A stretch of 64,000 nucleotides of DNA from Candidatus Eiseniibacteriota bacterium (GTDB lineage Bacteria > Eisenbacteria > RBG-16-71-46 > CAIMUX01). The notes beneath the pieces were generated by a model, which had not been told where the DNA came from, searched no databases, and saw only the letters and a list, made by a program, of their open reading frames with translations. Of the stretch, positions 45,071 to 55,086 are shown one piece after another. Position numbers and translations under genes: made by a program. Within the stretch, counting starts at the first letter, position 1, and each line of letters starts with the position of its first letter. Location of the stretch: contig CAIMUX010000121.1 of assembly GCA_903844735.1 (NCBI GenBank), forward strand, positions 3,005 through 67,004, written 5' to 3'.

Positions 45071-45858
45071 GGTCCCGCGCCGAGCCCGGCGATTTCTGTG
45101 CCGGCACCGACCTCACTCGCATGGGAAACCGGCTCAAAGCCGTTCGTCGTCAGAGCCCGGCGAATCTCGGGATCATCCAGGGGATCCTCGCCAAGCAGCG
45201 CCTCAAGTTCCTGAGGGCTAGGCAGGTCAGCCAACGAATTGAGCCCGAAGTAGCGCAGAAAATCCTCGGTGGTGCCATAGAGAAGCGGACGGCCCAGGGC
45301 CTGACTGCGTCCCTTCACCGTGACCAGGTTCCGCTCGAGCAGCGTGTGGAAGACCTGCCCCGAGTCGACGCCGCGGATCTCCTCCACCTCGCCGCGCGTG
45401 ATCGGCTGCCGATAGGCAACGATGGCGAGAGTCTCCATGGCCGCACGCGACAGGCGCGTGCGCTTCTTCCCGACAAGAAAACGGGTCACGAACTCGTGCA
45501 TCTCCGGGTCAGTGCGGATCTGCCACCCGCCGGCGCAAGGGAGCAGGCGGAAACCGGCCTCCATCGCGTCGTAGTCGGCAGCCATCTCCTGCAGCTCGCA
45601 CAGCAAGTCATCGTCGGTCCGTTCGGGCAACGCGGCCTGAAGCTGTTCCACAGTGACGGGCCGATCGGTAGCGAACAGGACCGCCTCGAGGATCCGTCGC
45701 AAGCCAGGGCCCTGGGCACGTTCCTCCTCGGCGAGGTGCGGGAACAATCGGGTCGCCGGCATCTCCGTCTCGCCCGGCCCCGACGCCGCGGACGGCGCAT
45801 AGGTGTCGAAGGAGGAAGCGACCGGATCGGCAGCGTGGACGTCATCCATTTCGCTCAT
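45061..45858 (-). CDS. scpB: Segregation and condensation protein B
   Basis: LEAVLFA, LSRAAMETLAIVAYRQPITR..RGV and GRPLLYGTT. Confidence 0.95.
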   Translation of the reverse strand: MSEMDDVHAADPVASSFDTYAPSAASGPGETEMPATRLFPHLAEEERAQGPGLRRILEAVLFATDRPVTVEQLQAALPERTDDDLLCELQEMAADYDAMEAGFRLLPCAGGWQIRTDPEMHEFVTRFLVGKKRTRLSRAAMETLAIVAYRQPITRGEVEEIRGVDSGQVFHTLLERNLVTVKGRSQALGRPLLYGTTEDFLRYFGLNSLADLPSPQELEALLGEDPLDDPEIRRALTTNGFEPVSHASEVGAGTEIAGLGAGPCV

Positions 45859-46781
45859 GTCAACTCCTCGTCCGTCTCGGGCAGGAATGGCCCCAAGGCC
45901 CCCTCCCGGACGGAACGGGCCAGGACCCAGATTTCCTCAAGGGCACGGCGCTGCCACAACTGAAGCTGTTGCATGCGGGCAAGCTCCAGGATAGCGAGAA
46001 ACGTGACCGCAATCTCCATCCGCAACCACGGACGGCGCAGGAGACGGGAAAACGGTATCCCGCTCCCCGGGCCGCCCGGAATCTCCTCGAGCTCCTCGCC
46101 CGACGCCAGTCGGCCGCGCACCCACTCCAGTTGGTCTTCGAGCCGGATCTCTTCCAAGTGGACATGATGGTCCGCAGCGGGCTCCTTCCGGTCCAGCAGG
46201 TCGCGCAGGTACTCGAACAGATCGATGAGCCGCGGTTCGCGCAGAGGATATGCATGCCCTGCGCCCACGCTGGCCACCGTCCCCACCGGATGCCGGCGCG
46301 CTTGGGCCGCCTCCATGCGCAGGAGCGAGCGGGCCGCCTCGCGATATTTCTTGTACTCGACGAGGCGCGCGATCAGCCCCTCGCGGGTCAGCGGCTCCAC
46401 GTCCTCGTCGGTCTCGGGCAGGGCCGATGGGCGTGGGAGCAAGTTCTGGCTCTTGATGCGCATGAGCGTGGCGGCCATAACGAGGAAATCGCCTGCCACC
46501 TCGATGTTCAGAGCGTGCAGGCTAGCAAGATACTCGAGGTACTGTCGGGTGATCCGCGAGATGGAGATCTCCCAGATCTCTACTTGGTCCCTCTTGATGA
46601 GGTGCAAGAGCAGGTCCAGCGGCCCCTCGAAGGCATCTAGGTGGACAGGGTGGCCCCGGAACTGGGAGGCATCCGCTTCCTGCACACCATGGGCTAGATA
46701 CACTGCGACGATCCCCTCCGGGCCCAGCGTGGCCCACTCCGACCCCTCGGCTGGCGATCCCGCACCAGCCAGCCCGACCAA
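45855..46781 (-). CDS. scpA: Segregation and condensation protein A (kleisin)
   Basis: FEGPLDLLLHLI, FLVMAATLMRIKS..LLP and VTFLAILEL. Start uncertain. Confidence 0.93.
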   Translation of the reverse strand: MVGLAGAGSPAEGSEWATLGPEGIVAVYLAHGVQEADASQFRGHPVHLDAFEGPLDLLLHLIKRDQVEIWEISISRITRQYLEYLASLHALNIEVAGDFLVMAATLMRIKSQNLLPRPSALPETDEDVEPLTREGLIARLVEYKKYREAARSLLRMEAAQARRHPVGTVASVGAGHAYPLREPRLIDLFEYLRDLLDRKEPAADHHVHLEEIRLEDQLEWVRGRLASGEELEEIPGGPGSGIPFSRLLRRPWLRMEIAVTFLAILELARMQQLQLWQRRALEEIWVLARSVREGALGPFLPETDEELT

Positions 46782-46982
46782 CTGTCCCCACCGGTCGGCC
46801 CGACGGGCGGTCCCTACCGGCCAGCCTCTCCGGCCGGCCGTTGTGGCCGTCCGGCTCCCTGCATTCCCGAGCCGCACGGATCGTTCGCTCCGCAGCTCCC
46901 GGCGGTCCGCCCGCCCGTGCCCTCGGGAGCGCCGTTGCAAAGCGCGCCCCGATCGCTTTCCTCGTGAGCCCCCGAGAGCGAT

Positions 46983-47011
46983 AACATACTCGGAGGTATG
47001 GGGTCCGTCAA
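46983..47011 (-). promoter_or_regulatory. Putative sigma70 promoter of the scpA...rpsA operon
   Basis: TTGACG-N17-TATGTT on the minus strand. Confidence 0.55.
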
Positions 47012-47405
47012 GCCCCATGCATCTTTGCGGGTGGAGAACAATTCGGGGATCATAAGCAGCGCGCGGCCCCGCTGTTGCGGGACCGCGCGCCGGACACTGG
47101 GCCGGAAGGTCTCCTCCCCGATTGTGCAAGTCAGTGAGTGGAACGGTTACGCGACTCCATCCTGGTTTCCCGCCAGCAAAGATTCGTCCACCTTCCTTCC
47201 AGCCAGCCTCGTACCGGGACAACGTGTCGCCGCCCCGCAAACTGCGCAAACAAGTAGCCACGCGTTCGCCCGGACGGTCTCCGCAAGCGCGAGCGACGCG
47301 CGGGAGAGGCAGGCCAACTCGAGTGATCTGATCCCGGGCCGGTCCCCCTCTCGCGACTGAAGCCGCGGCATGGCGCCGAACCGGCGACGGTCAACCTCGC
47401 CGAAC

Positions 47406-48332
47406 TCACAAGCCACTCCCGGCCGGCGAAGGAGGCGAGCAGTCCTTCTCCGTAGTCGTGTCCTCAAACAGCATCTCTTCCGGGTGGCGATCGAGGGCCA
47501 CCAGCACGAACGGTTGCGTGATCTGAGCCCCTACGGCAGAGGTTGGGCAAGGTGTGACGCGATGAAAGCGAAGGCAGAACCAAGTGATCTTGCCGGATGT
47601 TTCGCTGTCCGTCCCGGTCTGGATGATCTCCGCGCTCTCGAACGCCACGCTGTACTCCGTGCTTGGCCGATCACCCAACCACTCGGCAACCACGATTTGA
47701 CGGCCGAAATCGACAACAGGCACGGCGACCGGCCGGTCGGGAGCATGCGCCCGGAGAAAACGCGCGAGCGCGTCTCGGTCTTGTAGGACCGCGCGCACCG
47801 GTTGATGCAGCGCGCTATGGGTTCCACCGAGTAGAAGCTGGAACGACACAGAGACCGGCTTCGGGGTCTGCCTCGAGGTGCCCACCTCCGAAAGAAACTC
47901 CTGCAGCCGGCGGGCCGACGCCGGGACCGCGCTGTTGGAGCTGTCGCAGGAACCAAAGACGAACGTTCGCACCATGCCCCCGCCCGCCACCGTCATAACA
48001 AAGCCGCCGATGGGACAGGGATCCGGTGCCGCAAACGAAGCAAGGGGAAGGGCGTCGATAAGGCCGGCCAGCGCCTCCATATTCCTTCCCGAGAGAAGCC
48101 CCCGGGACGACACCACATCGCCCTTCCTGACAACCAGGGTGAGCGCACCGTCGGAACGCACGCTGACTTCGGAGACCGAGTTCTCCGCTCGGCCCCCGGC
48201 TTCGACGCGCGTCTCCACAAGAACCACTTGATCCCAGGAATGCCACTGCGGCATGGGAGACGTGACGTGCTCCCTGCCGCAGCCCGCAGCGGCCATTCCG
48301 AGAACCAGGATTGTGATGAGGAAGTTCTTCAT
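47406..48332 (-). CDS. Lipoprotein with PrcB C-terminal-like domain
   Basis: Lipobox AAGC; PVVDFGRQIVVAEWLGDRPSTEYSV...AQITQPFVLV resembles PrcB_C. Confidence 0.7.
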   Translation of the reverse strand: MKNFLITILVLGMAAAGCGREHVTSPMPQWHSWDQVVLVETRVEAGGRAENSVSEVSVRSDGALTLVVRKGDVVSSRGLLSGRNMEALAGLIDALPLASFAAPDPCPIGGFVMTVAGGGMVRTFVFGSCDSSNSAVPASARRLQEFLSEVGTSRQTPKPVSVSFQLLLGGTHSALHQPVRAVLQDRDALARFLRAHAPDRPVAVPVVDFGRQIVVAEWLGDRPSTEYSVAFESAEIIQTGTDSETSGKITWFCLRFHRVTPCPTSAVGAQITQPFVLVALDRHPEEMLFEDTTTEKDCSPPSPAGSGL

Positions 48333-48355
48333 GGCTACACCCACAGGAAGGTACG

Positions 48356-48371
48356 GCCATTGGCGTGCCAA
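48356..48371 (-). promoter_or_regulatory. Putative sigma54 (-24/-12) promoter
   Basis: Minus strand TTGGCACGCCAATGGC: TGGCAC with exact GG-N10-GC spacing, 24 nt upstream of ATG 48332. Confidence 0.55.
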
Positions 48372-48499
48372 GATCGCAGGCTAGGCGCTCGCATTCGTAT
48401 CTAACGCCCGGTGAATGGGTTAGCCTCATGCCTCGCCGAACGGGTCCGGCCCGGCAGGTACCCCCGGACTCTTGGGGCTTCAGCTTTCTGACGTCTCCC

Positions 48500-49657
48500 T
48501 CAGAAACCTGAGGACGAGCCGAAACTCCGGCTGATCCCGAATGAGGCCACCTGCTTGCGGTAGTACACACCGACGAGCAGGGCCTCGTTGCGATACCAGC
48601 CGAGTCGCGCATCCAAATCCCAGCCGTGGCCGATCGGTCTCGCCAATCGCAGTACGATCGTGTTGTCGTCGTCCCCAGCCTCAATCTCGCCGGTACGCGG
48701 AACGAAGAATTGGCGCAGCGCAGGCTCGGTATAGGTGGTTCGCTCAAGACTCCCATAGAACTGCCCGACCACGCGCCAGCCAACGGGACAGGAGACGAGC
48801 CAAGTCACCTCTGGTCGCCGAAACGCACCGTCGATAGAATTCGAGGCCTCCAGGCGGAAACCCGCTTGGGCCTGAAAGATCAAGCGGCCGGTCCTGTGGA
48901 ATCCCACGTGCAGGAATCGGTAATGATCAAGCCGGTCGGCGCCGAACCCGATCGTCAGCGGGTCCGAGCCGCGGTCCACACGCAGCGACGGGAAGCCGTG
49001 GCGCACGGTACCCAATTCGAGCCCACCTCGCAGAACCAGGCGCTGCCCCCAGGGATGCTCGTAAGCGAGATCGAAACCGCCCCCGGCCCGATCGACCCGC
49101 GCCGTCCGGCGGAAGTTGAGTTGCCAGACGTCCAGGCGCGCCGCCAAAGATCCGCGCGGACCGACCGGAGCGACGCCGACGAAACGCCCCCAGGTGCGTT
49201 GATGCCCGCCGCTCGACGAATCAGGTCGGATCGCCGAATTAGGGCGCAGCGAATTGGGATACGTGCGCAGACCGTATCCGGCTTCCAGGGCCAGACGATG
49301 CCGACCGGTCGCCGAAGCCAGATCCCAGGAAAGCGCTGCCTCCCCCTGCCGACGGTTCTCGCTGGAGTAGTCATGGAGCGACTCCGTCAGTCCGCGGAGC
49401 GAGAATCCGGCGCGAGAGGAGAGTGGCAGCTCGGTGGCCTGCAGTTGGACCTCCCCCAGCAGGCGAAGCGAGCCGGCAGTGCGGCGTCCCACGACTTCGA
49501 TGGCCTCGAAGACATTGCTGTCGTGCACGAAAGAGGTCTGCAGGCGCCCCCCGCCACGCAACGCCCCAGCCATCGCCACGCCCGGAAGAAGCGCTAGGAG
49601 TGCCGCCAAACCACGCGTCACCATCCGAACGCGGGCTCGTCGCTCAACGCTGAGCAT
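48500..49657 (-). CDS. Putative outer-membrane beta-barrel protein
   Basis: Signal peptide, HDSNVF near the mature N-terminus, alternating amphipathic strands and terminal Phe. Confidence 0.65.
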   Translation of the reverse strand: MLSVERRARVRMVTRGLAALLALLPGVAMAGALRGGGRLQTSFVHDSNVFEAIEVVGRRTAGSLRLLGEVQLQATELPLSSRAGFSLRGLTESLHDYSSENRRQGEAALSWDLASATGRHRLALEAGYGLRTYPNSLRPNSAIRPDSSSGGHQRTWGRFVGVAPVGPRGSLAARLDVWQLNFRRTARVDRAGGGFDLAYEHPWGQRLVLRGGLELGTVRHGFPSLRVDRGSDPLTIGFGADRLDHYRFLHVGFHRTGRLIFQAQAGFRLEASNSIDGAFRRPEVTWLVSCPVGWRVVGQFYGSLERTTYTEPALRQFFVPRTGEIEAGDDDNTIVLRLARPIGHGWDLDARLGWYRNEALLVGVYYRKQVASFGISRSFGSSSGF

Positions 49658-50672
49658 CAGTCCCGCCCCCCACCCGCCGTCGGATGTCACCGGTCGCTCT
49701 CATCACGACCCCGAGTTCCCTGTCGATCGCCTTGAGATAGCCGTCGAGAAATCGGAGGAGTCGGTCGGATTCCTCGGGAGTCGCGGGGCTTGCGGCCAGG
49801 ATCCGGTCGAGGTCTCCCCCCGAGCCGGCCCGGTCCCCGGCGCTGGCCCCACGCCGAGTGGAATCAGCGGTCGCGTTGTCAATCGGTGCACCACGGAATC
49901 GCACGGTTCCCGATGGCGAGACGCGCCCCCCTTCGTCCAGAAAGCTCAGGTCACGCAGGAGCCGGCCGGCCTCCTCGAGCGACCGCCGTTCCTCCGCCAC
50001 TTCGGAACGCCGGGTTCGCACCCGGTCCCCAAGTTCCCGCAGCGCCCTGATGACCCCCTCGTGGTATCGGAGCTTTTCGGCCAGCGTTTCCGGCGTGTCG
50101 GTGCTGTCGGGAGGAATCAAAGGATAGCCGAGAAAGACCGGTCCGGCCAGCCAACCCTGCAGGCGCGTGCGCAGGGCCCGCAGGCGGAGCAGCTCCGCGG
50201 CCCCGGCTGCACCGCCGCTGTCACCGGCCAGCGCCGCCTCGATGACCGCAATCTGCCGTTCGCATTCCGGCAGTGCCAGCGTGGCCCGCTCCCGGCATTC
50301 GGTCCGCCTCAGCACCAGTTCCAAATCGAGATCCTGCGCCTCGCGATCCAAACGGTCGGCCCGGCGCAAAAGGTCCTGTGGGGCGGCGGTCCCCCCCGCC
50401 CTCGCGGCCTCGATGCGCACCCCCAGGCTTTCGGCCCGGCCGAGGAGCTCTGCCCGTCGCGCCTCCGTACGAGCCTGCTCGTCGAGACAATCAACCACAT
50501 CTTCGGCCACTGTCGCCCGTGACCTCCCGGCCGACAGCATCACCAGGATGCTCACCGCCAGCACCGCCCCAAGGATACCCCGGTCCCCAACCGCGGAGTA
50601 TCGTGTGCGGACCAGTCTCGGCTTCGACGTGTCAGTCTCCCAGTCCCGGCTCGACCAGCCCGTGCTTCTCAA
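49644..50672 (-). CDS. Hypothetical exported coiled-coil protein
   Basis: Hydrophobic leader ILGAVLAVSILVMLSA, then E/R/A/L-rich helices; fills the gap in the operon. True start probably near 50630. Confidence 0.6.
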   Translation of the reverse strand: MRSTGWSSRDWETDTSKPRLVRTRYSAVGDRGILGAVLAVSILVMLSAGRSRATVAEDVVDCLDEQARTEARRAELLGRAESLGVRIEAARAGGTAAPQDLLRRADRLDREAQDLDLELVLRRTECRERATLALPECERQIAVIEAALAGDSGGAAGAAELLRLRALRTRLQGWLAGPVFLGYPLIPPDSTDTPETLAEKLRYHEGVIRALRELGDRVRTRRSEVAEERRSLEEAGRLLRDLSFLDEGGRVSPSGTVRFRGAPIDNATADSTRRGASAGDRAGSGGDLDRILAASPATPEESDRLLRFLDGYLKAIDRELGVVMRATGDIRRRVGGGTDAQR

Positions 50673-52026
50673 GCTTGTAGTAGAGGACGCTCGGCTTCAG
50701 GTCGAGCAGCCGCGCGGCCTCGACCTTGACCCCGTCCGCCGCCTTCATGGCGCGGCAGATCATCTGCCGCTCCAACTCATCCACCGCCTCCCGCAAAGGC
50801 GGGAACCCCTCCGGGGCCCGCACCGCGAAACGTCCGCGTGGGGTCTCGAACGGCAGGTCCGCCGGAGTGATGCGGTCACCCCCGCACAGGACAATCGCCC
50901 GCTCGATGACGTTTTCCAGCTCACGCACGTTGCCCGGCCAGTCGTAGACCCGGAGGAAGTCCAGTGCATCCTTTGTCAGGGTGACGGGCGCGTGCCCCAT
51001 CTCACGGCAGAGTCTTGAGATGAAGTGCTCGGCCAACAGCGGGATGTCCTCGCGACGCTCCCGCAGCGCCGGCACTTGCAGCGGGATCACGAAGAGCCTA
51101 TAGAAGAGGTCCTCACGGAAACGGCCCGCGGCCATCTCTGCACGAAGGTCGCGGTTGGTGGCGGCCAGCACGCGCACGTCAACGGTGAGCGTTTCCTCGC
51201 CCCCCACTCGCTCGAAAGAACGCTCCTGGAGAACTCGCAGCAGCTTCACCTGCAGCGCCGGCGAAATCTCGGCGATCTCGTCGAGGAGAATGGAGCCGCC
51301 GTCGGCCAGCTCAAAGCGGCCGCGTCTGCGCCGGACCGCGCCAGTGAAGGCTCCTTTCTCGTGGCCGAACAGCTCGCTCTCAAGAAGTCCCTCGGCTAGC
51401 GCTCCGCAGTTCACCTTTACGAAAGCGCCCCCGCCCCTTCGGCTGCGGCGATGAATCGCGCGTGCTACCACCTCTTTCCCGGTTCCGCTCTCGCCGAGGA
51501 TCAGGACCGAGCTGGGCGAGGCGGCCACCTTCTCCACCTGACCCAGCAGTTCCAGCATCGGTGCGCTTCGACCGACGATCCGCCCTTCGTCGAAGATCTC
51601 GTCGACCTCGGCCCGCAGGAGATCGGTCTGCTCGCGCTCATGCTCCAGCAGGTCGCGCTCCTCGATGATGGCGAGAACGCGGCGGACCTTCTCGATGAGT
51701 TGGGCCATCGAGAACGGCTTCACGAGAAAGTCGAACGCCCCTGCCCTCATCGCCTCCACCGCCGCTTCCACGGTGGCAAACGCGGTCATGAGGACGACCT
51801 CGCTGCGCGGAGACCGGCCCCGCACGAAGCGGAGCAGCTCGAGGCCGCCCTCCGGTGATTCCAGCCGCAGATCGGTGAGGACGAGCCCGGCCGGCTCTCG
51901 CTCGAATGCGGCTTTCGCCTCCGCCGCGCTCCCGACCCCCTCCACGCCGCACCTGAGCGCCCCCAGCACCTCGACCACCGCTTCCCGCAAGGTCTCTTGG
52001 TCCTCGACCACGAGGATCCGCCTCAC
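50632..52026 (-). CDS. NtrC-family sigma54-dependent response regulator
   Basis: Receiver (VEDQ, LTDLRL, VKPF), GESGTGKE, GAFTGA, WPGNVRELEN and HTH. Confidence 0.95.
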   Translation of the reverse strand: MRRILVVEDQETLREAVVEVLGALRCGVEGVGSAAEAKAAFEREPAGLVLTDLRLESPEGGLELLRFVRGRSPRSEVVLMTAFATVEAAVEAMRAGAFDFLVKPFSMAQLIEKVRRVLAIIEERDLLEHEREQTDLLRAEVDEIFDEGRIVGRSAPMLELLGQVEKVAASPSSVLILGESGTGKEVVARAIHRRSRRGGGAFVKVNCGALAEGLLESELFGHEKGAFTGAVRRRRGRFELADGGSILLDEIAEISPALQVKLLRVLQERSFERVGGEETLTVDVRVLAATNRDLRAEMAAGRFREDLFYRLFVIPLQVPALRERREDIPLLAEHFISRLCREMGHAPVTLTKDALDFLRVYDWPGNVRELENVIERAIVLCGGDRITPADLPFETPRGRFAVRAPEGFPPLREAVDELERQMICRAMKAADGVKVEAARLLDLKPSVLYYKLEKHGLVEPGLGD

Positions 52027-53528
52027 TTTCCCTCCTTCGCCGCCGGGCCCGCACCACGGAGGATGACCGTGAACCGCGCGCCACCACCGACCGTGGCGCC
52101 GAACTCCACGGTAGCGCCGTTCAGGTGGCAGAGACGGCGCACGATGGCGAGACCCAGCCCAGCCCCGGCAGCCTTCGTCGTGTAGAACGGCTCGAAAATC
52201 CGTTCGCTCGCCTCAGGGGTGATCCCCGGTCCCTCGTCCTCGACGCTGACGCGAAGCGCACCCCCAACGCCGCGCGCTACCCTCACCCGCACCTTGCTCC
52301 CCGCCGGTCCAGCCTCCACGGCGTTCAAGACGAGATTTCGAAGAATCTGCCGCAGGTGATTCGGGTCAACCCAGGCCGTAACCGTCGCCATTCCGGCAGC
52401 CTCGAACACCCCGAGAATTCCCCGGAGGTGGGCCTGCGGCGCCACGGCGTCCAGGATTTCCGCCCCCACGTCCACAAGATCGACCAGTTCCGGCGCGGCC
52501 ACCGCGGGCCGAGCAAAAAGCAGGAACTCATCGACAATCGCCCCCAGCCGGTCCATCTCGCGGAGCATCTTGCCGAGGCGCTTTCGCGCCGACTCCCCGG
52601 TCGCCGGGTCGGCAGATAAGATCTCGGCGTAGAGCCGGATGCCGCCCAAGGGGTTTCGAATCTCGTGGGCCACCCCCGCCACCATGGCACGTTGCTCGCG
52701 ATCGCGCGCCTCTAGGCCGAGACGCATCTGCTCGAGGGTAGCGGCCAGGAGACCAATCTCGTCACGACCCGCGGCCGGGGCCGGGCGTGACAGGTCACCC
52801 GCGCCGAGACTTCGGGCCCAGGGGACGATCTTGCCCAGGGGCCCGGTCAGAGTCCGCGCCAACGGCGCCGCCAGAAGAAAGGCCGCGAGAATCCCCCCGG
52901 CGCCGATGGCAAAGACACGAGCGCGCAGCTTTTCCACCGCACCCAAGAAATCGGCGTCGGCCATCACCCCGACCAGTCCCACGACCCGCCCCTCCGACAG
53001 CACCGGAACGTACCCGGTCTTGCGGTACTGTCGGTCGGCATCAAGGAACAGCGGCGCCGCGACGGGCCGCCCAGCCCGCACCGCTCGCATCTCCACGCGG
53101 TCGGTTCGCAACTGTGAGAGCGACGTGCCGGCGGACACCGTACCGTCGGTATCGAGGAAGGAACGCCCCGTCGTGTCGGCAAGAAAAATCCGGCGCACAC
53201 CGGTTCGCTCACGCAGCCGTAACAGCACCGTACGGCGGGGCCGGCGGAGATCAAAGCGGTCATCAGACCCCACAGCGCTGAGGAGGGCGGGGACGAACTC
53301 GGGCCGGATCAGTTCCACTGCCGCCGCACCCACCGACTGGAGCCGCAACGCCATCTCGTCTTCTAGTTCGCGTCGGGCCTGGCTGGCCACTAGCACGGCG
53401 GCGACGGTCAGAAGCAGGGCTGCCAGCAGAGCCAAGGAAAGGAAGAGACGCGTGCGAATGCCGAAAAGCCACAGGCGGGGCGGATCGGGATCATGGGGTC
53501 CTAGACGCGGGTACCCGCCCGTGCTCAT
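52023..53528 (-). CDS. Membrane sensor histidine kinase (2 TM, HAMP, HisKA, HATPase)
   Basis: AHEIRNPL, NLVLNA, DEGPGI and FEPFYTTK..GAGLGL; 4-nt overlap with the regulator. Confidence 0.95.
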   Translation of the reverse strand: MSTGGYPRLGPHDPDPPRLWLFGIRTRLFLSLALLAALLLTVAAVLVASQARRELEDEMALRLQSVGAAAVELIRPEFVPALLSAVGSDDRFDLRRPRRTVLLRLRERTGVRRIFLADTTGRSFLDTDGTVSAGTSLSQLRTDRVEMRAVRAGRPVAAPLFLDADRQYRKTGYVPVLSEGRVVGLVGVMADADFLGAVEKLRARVFAIGAGGILAAFLLAAPLARTLTGPLGKIVPWARSLGAGDLSRPAPAAGRDEIGLLAATLEQMRLGLEARDREQRAMVAGVAHEIRNPLGGIRLYAEILSADPATGESARKRLGKMLREMDRLGAIVDEFLLFARPAVAAPELVDLVDVGAEILDAVAPQAHLRGILGVFEAAGMATVTAWVDPNHLRQILRNLVLNAVEAGPAGSKVRVRVARGVGGALRVSVEDEGPGITPEASERIFEPFYTTKAAGAGLGLAIVRRLCHLNGATVEFGATVGGGARFTVILRGAGPAAKEGK

Positions 53529-53626
53529 ACAGTACGCCCCTCCCGATTGCGGTGACGGTTCCCGTCGCGGAGCCTAGCAGAGCCCGTCGAGAGACAACAA
53601 GTCGCGGCCTAGCAACCTTAAGTCAC

Positions 53627-53660
53627 AAAAAAGCCCGGGCGGCTCACAGGCCGTCCGGGT
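53627..53660 (-). terminator. Intrinsic terminator after tRNA-Leu
   Basis: Minus strand ACCCGGACGGC-CTGTGA-GCCGCCCGGGC-TTTTTT. Confidence 0.8.
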
Positions 53661-53669
53661 CTTCCGTCA

Positions 53670-53754
<85 letters not shown>

Positions 53755-53808
53755 AACCGAATCGAAAACAGCAAGCCATGGCCCCCAAGCCGCGCCCGGA
53801 GCTACAGC

Positions 53809-54198
53809 CTAGTTGCCCCCCGGAGCGGGGAGCGGCGTGCCACCCGTACCGCCACCGCCCGTACCATCACCGCCCCCCGGGGAGGAGTCCGGCGGAGGGA
53901 GTGCCGGCGCGGAGCTCGTGGTCTTGGGGATGAGCCCCTTACCACCGCCGCCGCCGGTGACAGACTTGGCCGAGGTCAGGACGGCTAGAGTCAGGCTGGT
54001 GAGCATGAACGCTCCGCCGAGAACCCAGGTGGCCTTGCCGAGAAAATCGACGGCGCCACGGCCGCCAAAAAGGGTCTGGTTCCCGCCACCTCCGCCGAAG
54101 GCCCCGGCGAGACCTCGCCCCTTGCCGGACTGCAGGAGCACGACCACCATGAGAACAAGGGACACCACAACATGCAAGATCAGCATCACGACATACAT
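53809..54198 (-). CDS. secG: Preprotein translocase subunit SecG
   Basis: [22 protein letters not shown]; two TM helices; follows tpiA. Confidence 0.95.
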   Translation of the reverse strand: MYVVMLILHVVVSLVLMVVVLLQSGKGRGLAGAFGGGGGNQTLFGGRGAVDFLGKATWVLGGAFMLTSLTLAVLTSAKSVTGGGGGKGLIPKTTSSAPALPPPDSSPGGGDGTGGGGTGGTPLPAPGGN

Positions 54199-54240
54199 CG
54201 ATCAACTCCTCAAGAAGCCCCCGACAACACGTAAACGCTG

Positions 54241-54270
54241 AAACTACCAGCTACAATCAGCCATCGTCAA
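54241..54270 (-). promoter_or_regulatory. Putative sigma70 promoter for secG-tRNA-Leu
   Basis: TTGACG-N18-TAGTTT with TGn extension. Confidence 0.4.
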
Positions 54271-54274
54271 GTGG

Positions 54275-55027
54275 TCATTTCGCCGCAGCGATGCCCAGGA
54301 AGGAGGCAGCCTCCAGGCTGGCCCCACCAACGAGGACACCGTTGATCTCCGGTCGCGAGAGAAGCTCGGCGGCGTTCCCCGGCTTGACGCTCCCCCCATA
54401 GAGGAGCGGTACCCCCGACCCGGCGGCGCCCCACCTTTCCACCAACTGCCCGCGGAGGAATCGGTGGGCAGTCTCCGCCTGATCGGGAGTTGCCGTCCGA
54501 CCGGTGCCGATGGCCCAGACCGGTTCGTAGGCCACCACCAGCTTTGCGAGGTCTGCCCCGGAAACCTCACCCAGCCCCAGGCGAACCTGGGACGCGACCA
54601 CCGCCTCGGTCTGGCCGGCCTCACGTTCCGCCAGGGTTTCGCCGAGGCAGAAGACCGGTTCGAGGCCGGCATCCAGGGCCGCTCGAACCTTGCAAGCGAG
54701 AAAGGCATCGTCTTCGGCGAAGAGCGCCCGTCGCTCGGAGTGGCCTACGAGGACGTGGGTCGCTCCCGCCTCTATGAGCATCGCCGCCGAAATCTCACCC
54801 GTGAACGCTCCCTCCCGCTGTGGATGGAGATTCTGCCCACCCACGCTGATCCGGCTGTAGCGGCATCGCTCCACCACTGCCGCGATCGCGGTAGCGGCCG
54901 GAAACACGAGGAGTTCCCGATCCGCGGGCACAGGTCCCGCGCCCGCGAGAATCCCGTTCACGAGAGCCAGTGCCTCGGATCGAGTGCGGTACATCTTCCA
55001 GTTACCTGCAATGATGGTGCGCGCCAT
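54275..55027 (-). CDS. tpiA: Triosephosphate isomerase
   Basis: AGNWKM, GHSERR, AYEPVWAIGTG and YGGSVK. Confidence 0.98.
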   Translation of the reverse strand: MARTIIAGNWKMYRTRSEALALVNGILAGAGPVPADRELLVFPAATAIAAVVERCRYSRISVGGQNLHPQREGAFTGEISAAMLIEAGATHVLVGHSERRALFAEDDAFLACKVRAALDAGLEPVFCLGETLAEREAGQTEAVVASQVRLGLGEVSGADLAKLVVAYEPVWAIGTGRTATPDQAETAHRFLRGQLVERWGAAGSGVPLLYGGSVKPGNAAELLSRPEINGVLVGGASLEAASFLGIAAAK

Positions 55028-55086
55028 GATCTCCCTTCCCGGCGCCGTGGTTACCGGCGCGCGCTGCAAGACCTCCAGGCTGGTGT

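Noticed and set aside
47020-47400. Intergenic region as SRP, 6S, tmRNA or RNase P RNA
   Set aside because: No diagnostic motifs (such as the SRP GGAA loop or tmRNA/RNase P termini) were recognised by eye.
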